The notes beneath the pieces were generated by a model. The model made no database searches and was not told where the DNA came from. It was given only the letters and a program-made list of their open reading frames with translations. A program made the position numbers and the translations under genes. Shown piece by piece: positions 18,144 to 26,660 of a stretch of 64,000 nucleotides of DNA; position 1 is the first letter of the stretch, and each line of letters starts with the position of its first letter. This DNA is from an uncultured Akkermansia sp. (GTDB lineage: Bacteria > Verrucomicrobiota > Verrucomicrobiia > Verrucomicrobiales > DEV007): assembly GCA_964552315.1 (NCBI GenBank), contig CAZKGI010000017.1, forward strand, positions 732-64,731. The letters run 5' to 3'.

Positions 18144-19978
18144 TCTGGCTTGAGAGGCTTGAGATTGAGCGCGAGATCATCCTTGCCGTTGAGGCTCTGG
18201 AGGATGGAGAGATCGAAGGCAATGCGGAAGTGCCGGGCCACCTTGGCCGGGAAGTGGTTGGAGGGGGGCATGGTGCCTTGCTTCTGCTGCAGGGTGACCT
18301 GAAGGTCCCGGGTGTCGGCGTCGACGGACAGGTAGGGGGCGTAGTTGCGCTCCGCGATGCCGTTGAGGAGTTCGGAGACCCGGGCGCGGCTGCCCAGGGT
18401 GGAGAGATTCGAGGCCAGCTCGGGATTGGCGAATCCGGAGAGGGTCCACTGCCGGGTGATGCCCGCGGTGGTGTCCTTGCTGTTGCTGGTGATATCCGTT
18501 CGGTAGCTGGCGTCCTTGAGGATGACCCCGCCGTTTTCGGGGAAGATCTCAAGGAGGGCCTGCAGGGCCAGCCAGCCTTCGGAGCGCTTGGCGAGGAGAT
18601 TGTTCCAATGCTCCCATTCGCGCTTCTCCTTCTGCAGCTTCATGAACTCCGCCTCCTTGGTCTCGGCGGCATCCTTGGGCAGGGCCCAGACTTCGGAGCG
18701 CATTTTGCTGAGGAAGTCCATGCCGATCCAGCCGGCGTAGGCGAGGAGCCCGACGGTCGCGACCTTGAGGGCGAGGCCCCCAAACTTGAGCAAGCGGAGG
18801 TCGCCGCAGCTCGGCATGCGCGCGGCCTCTTCCTGGGAGGGGCCGTAGAAATCCTGCCAGGTCCACTTTTCGCGGAAGGCCTTCCGCTGGGGGGATTCGT
18901 CGAGGCCGGGGGGCGCCTCGCAAACGGCCGCGGCCATCTCCAGGCAGCCTTCGGGTACCTTGGCGACGAATTCGTGCCGTCGGACATCCAGGCAATAGGT
19001 GCGGGCCTGGGGATATTGCTCCTGATAGGACTCCAGCAGGGCCTGAAGTTCGGCTTCGCTCAGACCCACCAGCGAGGCGAGGATGATGGCGGGATCCTTG
19101 ATGTTGAGCAAGGCCGCCGTTTGGGAAATCACTTCGTGCACTTCCGCCGGGCTGAGATGCGGGGCGCCGCGGTGAAAGAGCGGACGAACCAGGAGCAGCT
19201 CCGATCGAGACCCCTGGGCAAAGAGCAGGGTCATGGTCTCGTACTGCAGCAGGGCAATGCTGGGCCCCTGATCGGGCGCCAGCAAGGCCGGGTGCACATG
19301 GCTCAGGGCCGAGAGGGCCTCGAGGGGTGCACAGCGGGTTTCGACCAAGACAGGTTGATTGCTGCGCTCGCCATAGCGACGCAATTCCTGGGCGAGGAGT
19401 TTGAGCTTCGATGGAATCTGGACGGCGAAGGAGCGGCGTTCGCCCTCGTTGACGCCGACCAGGGGAACGAGGCGCCACATTCCTTCCTGGCTGTCGAGGG
19501 TGTCGTCTCCGATGGCCACTTCCGGTGCAGTGATGAGCAGCTCGTTGAGCGTGTCGAAATCTGCATCCGCGGCAAAGTCCGGGGCGAGGTTTCGCACGCG
19601 CATCCCCTCGGCGAGGTGGATGACGATGCCGAGGGATCGCGAGACTTTCCCGCCGCCGAATTCCTTGTTGGCGAACAGGCTCTGGAGGGTCTCGTGAAGG
19701 GCCTGTTGGGAGCCCTCGCTGAGACGGGGACCTTCGCCTTCCTCGCCGGGCTCAAAGGAGAGGGGAGGCAGGTCGGGACCCTCCCACCAGAGCTTCAGCT
19801 GGCGGTTGTAAATGGCGCTGACTCCGGTGTGGGCGCCGATCCAGAGATGCCATTGCAGGTTCAGCTCGTGGGCGCGGCGATACCAGTCCGGTTCCTTGGC
19901 CCGGCTGGTGCTGCGGAGGATCCGCTTGGCTTGCCGATGCAGTTGCAGGGGGGACGCGCTGGCGGGTAAAAGGTCCAT
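18140..19978 (-). CDS. Bitopic protein, putative PilM+PilN (GspL-like) fusion
   Basis: About 400-aa soluble N-terminal region, one TM helix (LALKVATVGLLAYAGWIG), coiled coil, then LQALLEIFPENGGVILKDASY...WTLSGFA (PilN-like). Confidence 0.55.
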   Translation of the reverse strand: MDLLPASASPLQLHRQAKRILRSTSRAKEPDWYRRAHELNLQWHLWIGAHTGVSAIYNRQLKLWWEGPDLPPLSFEPGEEGEGPRLSEGSQQALHETLQSLFANKEFGGGKVSRSLGIVIHLAEGMRVRNLAPDFAADADFDTLNELLITAPEVAIGDDTLDSQEGMWRLVPLVGVNEGERRSFAVQIPSKLKLLAQELRRYGERSNQPVLVETRCAPLEALSALSHVHPALLAPDQGPSIALLQYETMTLLFAQGSRSELLLVRPLFHRGAPHLSPAEVHEVISQTAALLNIKDPAIILASLVGLSEAELQALLESYQEQYPQARTYCLDVRRHEFVAKVPEGCLEMAAAVCEAPPGLDESPQRKAFREKWTWQDFYGPSQEEAARMPSCGDLRLLKFGGLALKVATVGLLAYAGWIGMDFLSKMRSEVWALPKDAAETKEAEFMKLQKEKREWEHWNNLLAKRSEGWLALQALLEIFPENGGVILKDASYRTDITSNSKDTTAGITRQWTLSGFANPELASNLSTLGSRARVSELLNGIAERNYAPYLSVDADTRDLQVTLQQKQGTMPPSNHFPAKVARHFRIAFDLSILQSLNGKDDLALNLKPLKPE

Positions 19979-20076
19979 GCGAGGAAGCGGTGGAGGGGGG
20001 CGCGGAGGCTTCGTTGCCCGGAGGAAAGGCAGGTTGGGAAACTGCCCTTGCTTCGAACCCGAAGGGGGGAGGAGGA

Positions 20077-20109
20077 GACCCCGGGAACTCGTGCGGAGTT
20101 CCCGGGGTC
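20077..20109. repeat. Perfect 14-bp inverted repeat downstream of the pilin gene
   Basis: GACCCCGGGAACTC-gtgcg-GAGTTCCCGGGGTC; no U-tract. Confidence 0.85.
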
Positions 20110-20151
20110 GCTGATGAGTTGGTTCCGGTTAAACGATGAGGAATCGATCGA

Positions 20152-20544
20152 TTACCAGCCGTCGGTGCTGTTGGGAGCGTGGTCGTTGGCATCTGCCAGG
20201 GAGCAGGTCAGGTAGGGCGTGCCAATTTCGGTCACGACAGCCGAGGGAGAATATTCGCCGCCGCTGGGGCAGTCGGGCATGGCTTCCAGGAGCTTGCCGG
20301 TGCCCACGAAGGTCTCGTCAGCGACGAGGGCGTCACCCTGCTTGAGTTCATAAAGGTTTTGGTAGGAGCGGGCCGCCTTCTGGACGTTGGTGATGTTCAG
20401 AATGCACTTGGCGCGGTTCGAGCCTTCACGGTAGGCGGAGACCCCGATGAAGAGCACGCTGATGAGGCCGAGAAGCACGGCGATCACGAGCGTGATTTCG
20501 ATGAGGGTCAGACCAGCTTGCTTTTGGATGCGGTTCAGTTTCAT
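20152..20544 (-). CDS. Type IV pilin / prepilin-type N-methylation domain protein
   Basis: Class III signal KQAG|LTLIE with Glu+5 and a hydrophobic helix; Cys residues including CPSGGEY. Confidence 0.9.
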   Translation of the reverse strand: MKLNRIQKQAGLTLIEITLVIAVLLGLISVLFIGVSAYREGSNRAKCILNITNVQKAARSYQNLYELKQGDALVADETFVGTGKLLEAMPDCPSGGEYSPSAVVTEIGTPYLTCSLADANDHAPNSTDGW

Positions 20545-20616
20545 GGTTTCGTCTATTATCTATTTATGGTTTGTTGTGGTTTCCCGTCGGCCGATGAAGG
20601 GACCGGCGAAAAGGGT

Positions 20617-21831
20617 TCAGCCCGCCTTGCTGCGGAGGAAGAGCAATTCTTCGCCCTCCTCTTCGTTCATGCGGTTCATGAGGTAGGCGGATCGCGGGAT
20701 CCGGCCGCTCTGGAGTAGAGTCATCAGGTTCTTGTCCCAGGCGATGTTGCCGCTGTGGCGGATGGCATCCTCGAGGGACTTCGCCGCGCCGTCGTAGGAG
20801 GCGATGCCCGAGCGGACGGCGGAGCTGTTGTTCTGCAAATATTCGTAGTTGAGCACGCGGCCGTTCTCCGTGGGGATGAGCCCCTGAGAAAGGATGAACA
20901 TGAGGATCTCGGAGAGTCGGCCCAGCACGGAGCGGTGTTGCTCTTGGGGAAAGAATTCCAGGATCCGGCCCAGGGTCTTGACCGCCCCGTTGGTGTGCAG
21001 GGTGGAAATGACGACGTGACCGGTTTGCGCCGCCTCCAGGGCAATCTCCATGGTTTCGCGGTCGCGGATTTCCCCGATGAGAATGACGTGGGGGGCCTTG
21101 CGGAGCGCGTCCTTGAGACCCTGCTTGTAGGTGGCCACGTGCTTGCCGACTTCTTGTTGCGTGCAGAAGCCCGGCGAGGGGATGGGCCGCCCGTTTTCGT
21201 CCGGGACGGGGAGGAAGCGGGAATAGCGATACTCGATGGGATCCTCGACCGTGACGATGTGGCGGGGATGGTTCTTCCGCAGCCAGTCGAGCACGGCAGC
21301 GAGGGTGGTCGACTTGCCCGAGCCGGTCTGGCCGGTGACCAGGCCGAAACCCTGCCGTCGAGTCATGAACTCGCAGATGGACCGGACCGTGTCCGAGGAG
21401 AGGCCGAGGCCGTTCAGGTCGGCGATCTCGTCGCTGAGGATCCGGCAGGTCAGGCCGGGACCCGACGTGCTGAGGTGCGCCTGCACCCGCATCCGTCCCG
21501 AAACCGTGCCATCGGCCAGGGGGAAGCCCTCGGTGCTGAAGTCGGCGACTTGGTCCTCGAGGAGGCGGGCCTTGACGTCGCGCTGGCTGGTCAGCTTGGG
21601 GGCGGCACTCGCCGATTCGGGTTCCTGCCGCTCGTAAAGATACTCGACCACGTTCAGGACCATCTCGGCGGGGAGCTCACCCAGTCGGGTGATGATCTCG
21701 AGCCCGCGTTTGGTGTGGCAGTAGACCCAGTTCCCGCTCCGAATCTGGATATCGGAGATGTGATTGCCCCCGGCCACGGCGAAGATCTCGCTCATGATGT
21801 GGTGGGCTTGGGCTCTGGCGTGAGGGTCCAT
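20617..21831 (-). CDS. pilT: PilT/PilU-family secretion ATPase
   Basis: Walker A GQTGSGKST, Asp box EDPIEY, Walker B ILIGEIRD, His box TGHVVISTLHT; no PilB-type tetracysteine motif. Confidence 0.85.
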   Translation of the reverse strand: MDPHARAQAHHIMSEIFAVAGGNHISDIQIRSGNWVYCHTKRGLEIITRLGELPAEMVLNVVEYLYERQEPESASAAPKLTSQRDVKARLLEDQVADFSTEGFPLADGTVSGRMRVQAHLSTSGPGLTCRILSDEIADLNGLGLSSDTVRSICEFMTRRQGFGLVTGQTGSGKSTTLAAVLDWLRKNHPRHIVTVEDPIEYRYSRFLPVPDENGRPIPSPGFCTQQEVGKHVATYKQGLKDALRKAPHVILIGEIRDRETMEIALEAAQTGHVVISTLHTNGAVKTLGRILEFFPQEQHRSVLGRLSEILMFILSQGLIPTENGRVLNYEYLQNNSSAVRSGIASYDGAAKSLEDAIRHSGNIAWDKNLMTLLQSGRIPRSAYLMNRMNEEEGEELLFLRSKAG

Positions 21832-21855
21832 ACAGGATGGGCGAGGGACGGCGGG

Positions 21856-21930
21856 ATATTAATTCCATAATTTTCATATATCAATCAAAAATTTATAATT
21901 TATTCGAATTATCTGTAAATTTTATAATTT
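21856..21930 (-). promoter_or_regulatory. Sigma70-like promoter of the pilus-like operon with upstream A/T repeats
   Basis: Minus strand TTGATA (21884-21879)-N17-TAATAT (21861-21856); TTTATAATTT repeated at 21892-21901 and 21921-21930. Confidence 0.6.
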
Positions 21931-22062
21931 CGAGATGTTTCTAACCGGGCAGATCGCCTGATTCCAAGGACGCTGATCCCACCTGGCGAATTTTGACCGT
22001 AAGGGAATTGCAGAAAATTTGAGAAGAATGGCCGAAATCGGGCCCTTCAGGGGCGGAGCGGC

Positions 22063-23967
22063 TTACCAGCCTCCGCCCCCGCCTCCGCCGCCGCCCCCGC
22101 CAGAGGAGCCGCCTCCGGAACTGCTGTCGAGCGAGGGGGGAGGCGCAGCTGCTTCGCTGAGCGCGCTGGAGAAAGAGGCCCCGAGATCCTGCCAGGAATG
22201 GCGAAGGGAGTTTCCTCCCTCCACATAGCGGGGATAGGGGGAGAAGGAGGCCTCGGTAACGTCGTTGGCCGGCGCTTGGCTGGCGCGGAGATGGCGGTGA
22301 AACTTCTCCGACCAGGCCTGTTCCAGGTCCAAGGCCAGGGCGTAGGGAAAAAGGCGTTCGAAACGCTCAGGGCTCATCTCGGGCGGATGCTCCGCATTGA
22401 GCCGGTCCTCTTCGGCCACTTGCAGGTATTCGGCGAATCCCTCCAGTTCATCGAGGAGGGCGCGCCCCCGCGGACTGGGGGCTTCCATCCATCGGAGAAA
22501 GAGCCAGGCGAAGAGCCCGATGCCGGCGATGACCAGGCCCGCGAGAGCCCCGGCTTCATGAGACAATTGCCAAATGCCAATCCCGTAGGTGAGGAGTCCG
22601 AGGCCGGTCATCCCGAGGCCCAAGAGCCGTCCCTTCCACTGCCGTGAGGGATGTCGCCTCCAGACCCAAAGGCCCACGGCGCTGAGCACCCAAGTCAGGA
22701 CGATCCAGATTCCCCAGCCCTTGATGGTTTCCGGATTTCCCTGTCCCAGGGCCAGGCGAAGCCCTCCCGCTCCCGCGATGAGCAGTCCGAAGAACCAAAC
22801 GCCCCAGTTGCGGGAAAGCAGCCGGCCCTCCACCTGACTGGAGAGGCTGAGGATGCAACGGCGCTTGGCTTCCGCGAGGGTGGCTTGTTCATCGGGATGG
22901 ACCCGCAGCGTGGTCCTGTGTCCGAGCAGGCTCTGATAGAGGAGGGACTCGCCCTCGTCCAAGGCAGCTTGACGTCCCGTCGTGCGATGGATTTCGTAGG
23001 GGCCGTCCTTGGACGAGACGGGAGCCGTGATCTTCAGCCAACCCTTGGCGGCGAGCCCCAGAATGGCCGCGGTAAAGCAGAGTTCGTCGTAAGCCCGTCG
23101 ATAGAGATAGCGGGCGAGTCCGGGGGAGACGCCCTCGGGAGGTTCCCACCGGGGGATGATCAATCCCCGGGGCGGATCCTTGCCGACGCGCCGCCACGAC
23201 CAGATCCACCACACCAGGCCCAGCAGGGTGAGAAGCCCTCCCTGCCAGTAAGCGCCCTGCCGCCACCAAGCGGGACGGTGGGCGGCCTCCGGAGAGAGCC
23301 AGCCCAGGGGCCAGTGGAGCAGGAGGGTCAGGCCCTCTCCCGGGAGGAGGGTGGCCGTGCTGCGAAAGTGGTGGTCCTCGTCCCCCGTGGCACCCCCTCG
23401 GCTTTCGTACAGATAGGCCTGTCCGGTGGCCCCGACCGGACCGGTGTAGGCCTCCGTTCGGATCGGCTTGGCCCCGCGGGGCAGGCGGACCGTGGCCTCG
23501 GCCTGATCGATGGGGAAATCCCACTCGTTCCCCGTGACGTTCCAGTAGAGGACGTCGCTCTTCTCCGTCCGGAGCAACTGCCCGCCCGTGCGGTAAGTGA
23601 TTTGATAGACTTGTCGTGAAGGGCTGGGCAGAAAACGGCCTTCTCGGCCGATCCAGATGCGGGTGCCGTGGCGTGTGGCTTCGGTCCGGAAGGGCTCCCG
23701 TTCCCCATTGCGAGTGACTTGGTCCACGAGGAGGGGACGCCGTTCCCGCGTTCCCCAACGACCGGCGTAGCGATGCGGGATGTCCCGATAGATGCCCTGA
23801 CGGATGCGCTGGCCTTCCACCTGCACGGTGATGCTTTCCCGGATCTCGAGCCAACCGTCAGGCTTCACCTCGATCTCGCTGTGAAAACCGAGGATGCGCT
23901 CGTCGGCCAGCAGCTCCGCAGCCGAGAGAACGCACAGGATGAGGGCGAGGAGGCCGCGGCGTTTCAT
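22063..23967 (-). CDS. DUF2207 domain membrane protein
   Basis: Signal peptide, GIYRDIP, LYWNVTGNEWDFPI, several TM helices, FERLFPYALALDL and a C-terminal SGGGSSGGGGGGGGGGGW. Confidence 0.9.
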   Translation of the reverse strand: MKRRGLLALILCVLSAAELLADERILGFHSEIEVKPDGWLEIRESITVQVEGQRIRQGIYRDIPHRYAGRWGTRERRPLLVDQVTRNGEREPFRTEATRHGTRIWIGREGRFLPSPSRQVYQITYRTGGQLLRTEKSDVLYWNVTGNEWDFPIDQAEATVRLPRGAKPIRTEAYTGPVGATGQAYLYESRGGATGDEDHHFRSTATLLPGEGLTLLLHWPLGWLSPEAAHRPAWWRQGAYWQGGLLTLLGLVWWIWSWRRVGKDPPRGLIIPRWEPPEGVSPGLARYLYRRAYDELCFTAAILGLAAKGWLKITAPVSSKDGPYEIHRTTGRQAALDEGESLLYQSLLGHRTTLRVHPDEQATLAEAKRRCILSLSSQVEGRLLSRNWGVWFFGLLIAGAGGLRLALGQGNPETIKGWGIWIVLTWVLSAVGLWVWRRHPSRQWKGRLLGLGMTGLGLLTYGIGIWQLSHEAGALAGLVIAGIGLFAWLFLRWMEAPSPRGRALLDELEGFAEYLQVAEEDRLNAEHPPEMSPERFERLFPYALALDLEQAWSEKFHRHLRASQAPANDVTEASFSPYPRYVEGGNSLRHSWQDLGASFSSALSEAAAPPPSLDSSSGGGSSGGGGGGGGGGGW

Positions 23968-24533
23968 GGGCGGATCTGGGGGGGATGCCGTTCCGAGACC
24001 TCGGCGATCTCAAAGAAATCACCCTGACGAAACCCCAGAAAGCGCCCGACCCAGTTGGACGGAAAACTCTCCAGGGCATTGTTCAGTTCCCGCACCGCGC
24101 CGTTGTAATAGCGACGGGCAAACTGGATGGCGTCCTCTACCTCCACCAGTTCGTCCATGAGGCGACGGTAGTGGGCGTCTGCCTTCAACTCCGGCCACTG
24201 CTCGACGACGGCGCGCAGCTGGGTCAGCTCCGCCCCGAGGCGGGATTCCACTGACGAGCAGGTCTTGGGTTCCTGCGGTAGGAGCGCCTCCCGGCGAGCG
24301 TCCGCGAGTCGTTCCAGCAGGGCCTTTTCGTGTCGTGCATAGGCCTGCACGGTCGTCAGGAGGGCGGGAATGAGATCGTGTCGGCGCTTCAACTGCACGT
24401 CCACCCCGCTCCAGCCTTCGCGCATGCGGTTGCGCGCCTTCACCAGGCGATTGTGGATCACCACCACCATCCCGGTCAGGGAGATCGCTAGCAGCAGGGT
24501 CCCGATCAAGCTCGCCGACATGCCGCGGAGCAT
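23964..24533 (-). CDS. lemA: LemA family protein
   Basis: N-terminal TM helix; WSGVDVQLKRRHDLIP, PELKAD, ARRYYNGAVRELN and FPSNWV; ATGA overlap with DUF2207. Confidence 0.93.
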   Translation of the reverse strand: MLRGMSASLIGTLLLAISLTGMVVVIHNRLVKARNRMREGWSGVDVQLKRRHDLIPALLTTVQAYARHEKALLERLADARREALLPQEPKTCSSVESRLGAELTQLRAVVEQWPELKADAHYRRLMDELVEVEDAIQFARRYYNGAVRELNNALESFPSNWVGRFLGFRQGDFFEIAEVSERHPPQIRP

Positions 24534-24579
24534 AGCATGGCGCCCCTTACCTGTAGAGGGAAATGCCAGCGAGCGGGGC

Positions 24580-26637
24580 TCAGAAGCGGAAGCTCAGGCC
24601 GCCGCCGATGCCGTGGTCGGAATGGTATTCCGATATGAGCGAGAAACGTTTGTTGAGGAGATACTCCGCGCCCGCGGACCATTCCCATTCGGTGTTGGTG
24701 TCGTACTCGATCTCGGCGAAAACGGAGATCCGGTCCGTCAGTCGCAGTGACTTGCCGAGGCCCAGGCGGAAATCGCCCTCGCTGTCCACTTGGAGAAAAC
24801 TCTCGATGAGGTAGGGGAGCCGGTATTCGATCCCCCCGAAGGCGCGGTCGGTAGCGTGAGGTTCGTTGGTGAGGCGGGCCCCCAGCACCGTGGAGAAATT
24901 GGGATTGAAGTAGCGGCTCCAGGCGAGGTCAATTTCGTAGTGGGCCGAGTCGAGATCGAAGTCGTGCCAGCCGATGTCCCACATGGCGTAGTAGTCGTTG
25001 CGGGTGTTCATGAGGCTGGCCATGCCCATGCTCATGTGGGTTTGCAGGGAGCCGGCGGCCATGAAGTAGAAGGGGTCTGCATCGTGCTCTCCGAAATCGA
25101 CGCGGTGATCCTCCCCCTGTTCCTCGTAGGAGAAGACCCGGGTCATGCCCATGTGCATGTGATAGAGCAGGTGACAGTGAAAGAGCCAGTCGCCGCTCTC
25201 GTTGGCCTCGAACTCGACGCTGCGCTTGCCCATGGGCGGGAGATCGACGGTGTGCTTGAGCGGGGCGTCGGGGAGCTCCCGCGAGTCGAGCACGCGGAAG
25301 AAGTGGCCGTGAAGATGCAGGGGATGGTGCATCATGGTGTCGTTGATCAGCTCGAGGCGGAGCACCTCCCCGCGCCGCACGCGGATGACGCCGTCCTCGG
25401 CCAGGGTCTTGCCGTTGAAGGACCAGATGTAGCGCTCCATGTCCCCGGTGAGGCGGAGCTCGATGGTGCGACGCGGCAGGGCGGGGTTGAGCCGGGTCTC
25501 CGAGACGGCGCGCAGGCGGGCATAGGGTGGCAGGGGCCGTTCCGGCTCGGTGGCGAGGGCCTCGGCATCACTAGACGGGATGTCCACCTCGTCGTCCTCC
25601 AGGGCGGCGAGGAGGTGGTCGTCCATGTTGTAGACATTGGGCCGAGGGATGTCCGGGGCGCGGTGGACCTCGCCCTGACCCAGCCAGATCGAGGCCTGCC
25701 CCGAGCCGTCCTGGGCAGTGGCCCGCAGTTCCCATCGCCCGTGCTTGGGAACGGTGAGGAGAACATCGTAGGTCTCGGCCATGCCGACGAGAAGCCGATT
25801 CACCTGGATGGGTTTCACCGCGGGGCCGTCGGCGGCCACAATGCGCAGGGGGCCGGTGGCGGACTGCAGGTAGAAATAGGTCGAGGCGGCCGCATTGATG
25901 AAGCGCAGCCGGACCGTCTCTCCATTGCGAATGCCCGGATCGTGCTCGCGCCTGCCGTTGGCGAGGAAGGCGTCGTAGGCCACGTCGGAAATGTCCATGG
26001 CCGGCATGCGGGAGCGCTCGCGCTCCCAGAAGGATTTCCATTCGCCAGCCTCGATGGCTCCCCAAAGGCTTTGGATGGAGCCCTTTTTGAACTCATACCA
26101 GTCATTGCCGCTCATCAGGGTGCGCATCACTTCCTCGGGGCGCTCCAGGGTCCAGTCCGAGAGGACGATCACCTCGTCGCGATCGGGGCGCTCCTTCTCG
26201 CCGTCCCGGGGTTCGACGACGATGGACCCATAGACGCCGTTTTGCTCCTGGAGGCCGGTGTGGCTGTGATACCAGTAGGTCCCGGCGTGGCGCAGCTGGA
26301 ATTGGAAGGTGTGGGTCGTTCCCGGTCGGATCGGCGGGGTGGTGACGTGCGGGACCCCGTCCTCCGCATTGGGAACGAGGAGCCCGTGCCAGTGGATCGA
26401 AGTTTCCTCCTTGCGCAGCTGGTTGTGCACCCGGATGCGCACGGTTTCTCCCTCGCGGAAGCGCAGGGTGGGGCCGGGAATCCCCCCGTTGACGGTCAGG
26501 GCCCGGACGGGCCGCAGGCTTTCGTCGGGCGTCCACTTCGTTTCGGCAATGACCAAGTCGTATTCCCGGTCAGCGGGGCCCTTCGGGGCGGGGCTGAGTC
26601 CGCAGGCGAGACAGAGAAAGGGAATCAGGGCGTTCAT
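24580..26637 (-). CDS. Multicopper oxidase with C-terminal CopB-like beta-barrel
   Basis: Cu ligand motifs HWHG, WYHSH, HPLHLHGH and HCHLLYHM; C-terminal about 160 aa of alternating beta strands ending in Phe. Confidence 0.9.
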   Translation of the reverse strand: MNALIPFLCLACGLSPAPKGPADREYDLVIAETKWTPDESLRPVRALTVNGGIPGPTLRFREGETVRIRVHNQLRKEETSIHWHGLLVPNAEDGVPHVTTPPIRPGTTHTFQFQLRHAGTYWYHSHTGLQEQNGVYGSIVVEPRDGEKERPDRDEVIVLSDWTLERPEEVMRTLMSGNDWYEFKKGSIQSLWGAIEAGEWKSFWERERSRMPAMDISDVAYDAFLANGRREHDPGIRNGETVRLRFINAAASTYFYLQSATGPLRIVAADGPAVKPIQVNRLLVGMAETYDVLLTVPKHGRWELRATAQDGSGQASIWLGQGEVHRAPDIPRPNVYNMDDHLLAALEDDEVDIPSSDAEALATEPERPLPPYARLRAVSETRLNPALPRRTIELRLTGDMERYIWSFNGKTLAEDGVIRVRRGEVLRLELINDTMMHHPLHLHGHFFRVLDSRELPDAPLKHTVDLPPMGKRSVEFEANESGDWLFHCHLLYHMHMGMTRVFSYEEQGEDHRVDFGEHDADPFYFMAAGSLQTHMSMGMASLMNTRNDYYAMWDIGWHDFDLDSAHYEIDLAWSRYFNPNFSTVLGARLTNEPHATDRAFGGIEYRLPYLIESFLQVDSEGDFRLGLGKSLRLTDRISVFAEIEYDTNTEWEWSAGAEYLLNKRFSLISEYHSDHGIGGGLSFRF

Positions 26638-26660
26638 GTCAGGCGGGAAAGATCCCGGAA

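Noticed and set aside
22066-22125. GGC/GGA triplet run resembling a microsatellite or contingency locus
   Set aside because: It encodes the normal Gly/Ser-rich C-terminus of DUF2207 proteins, with mixed codons.
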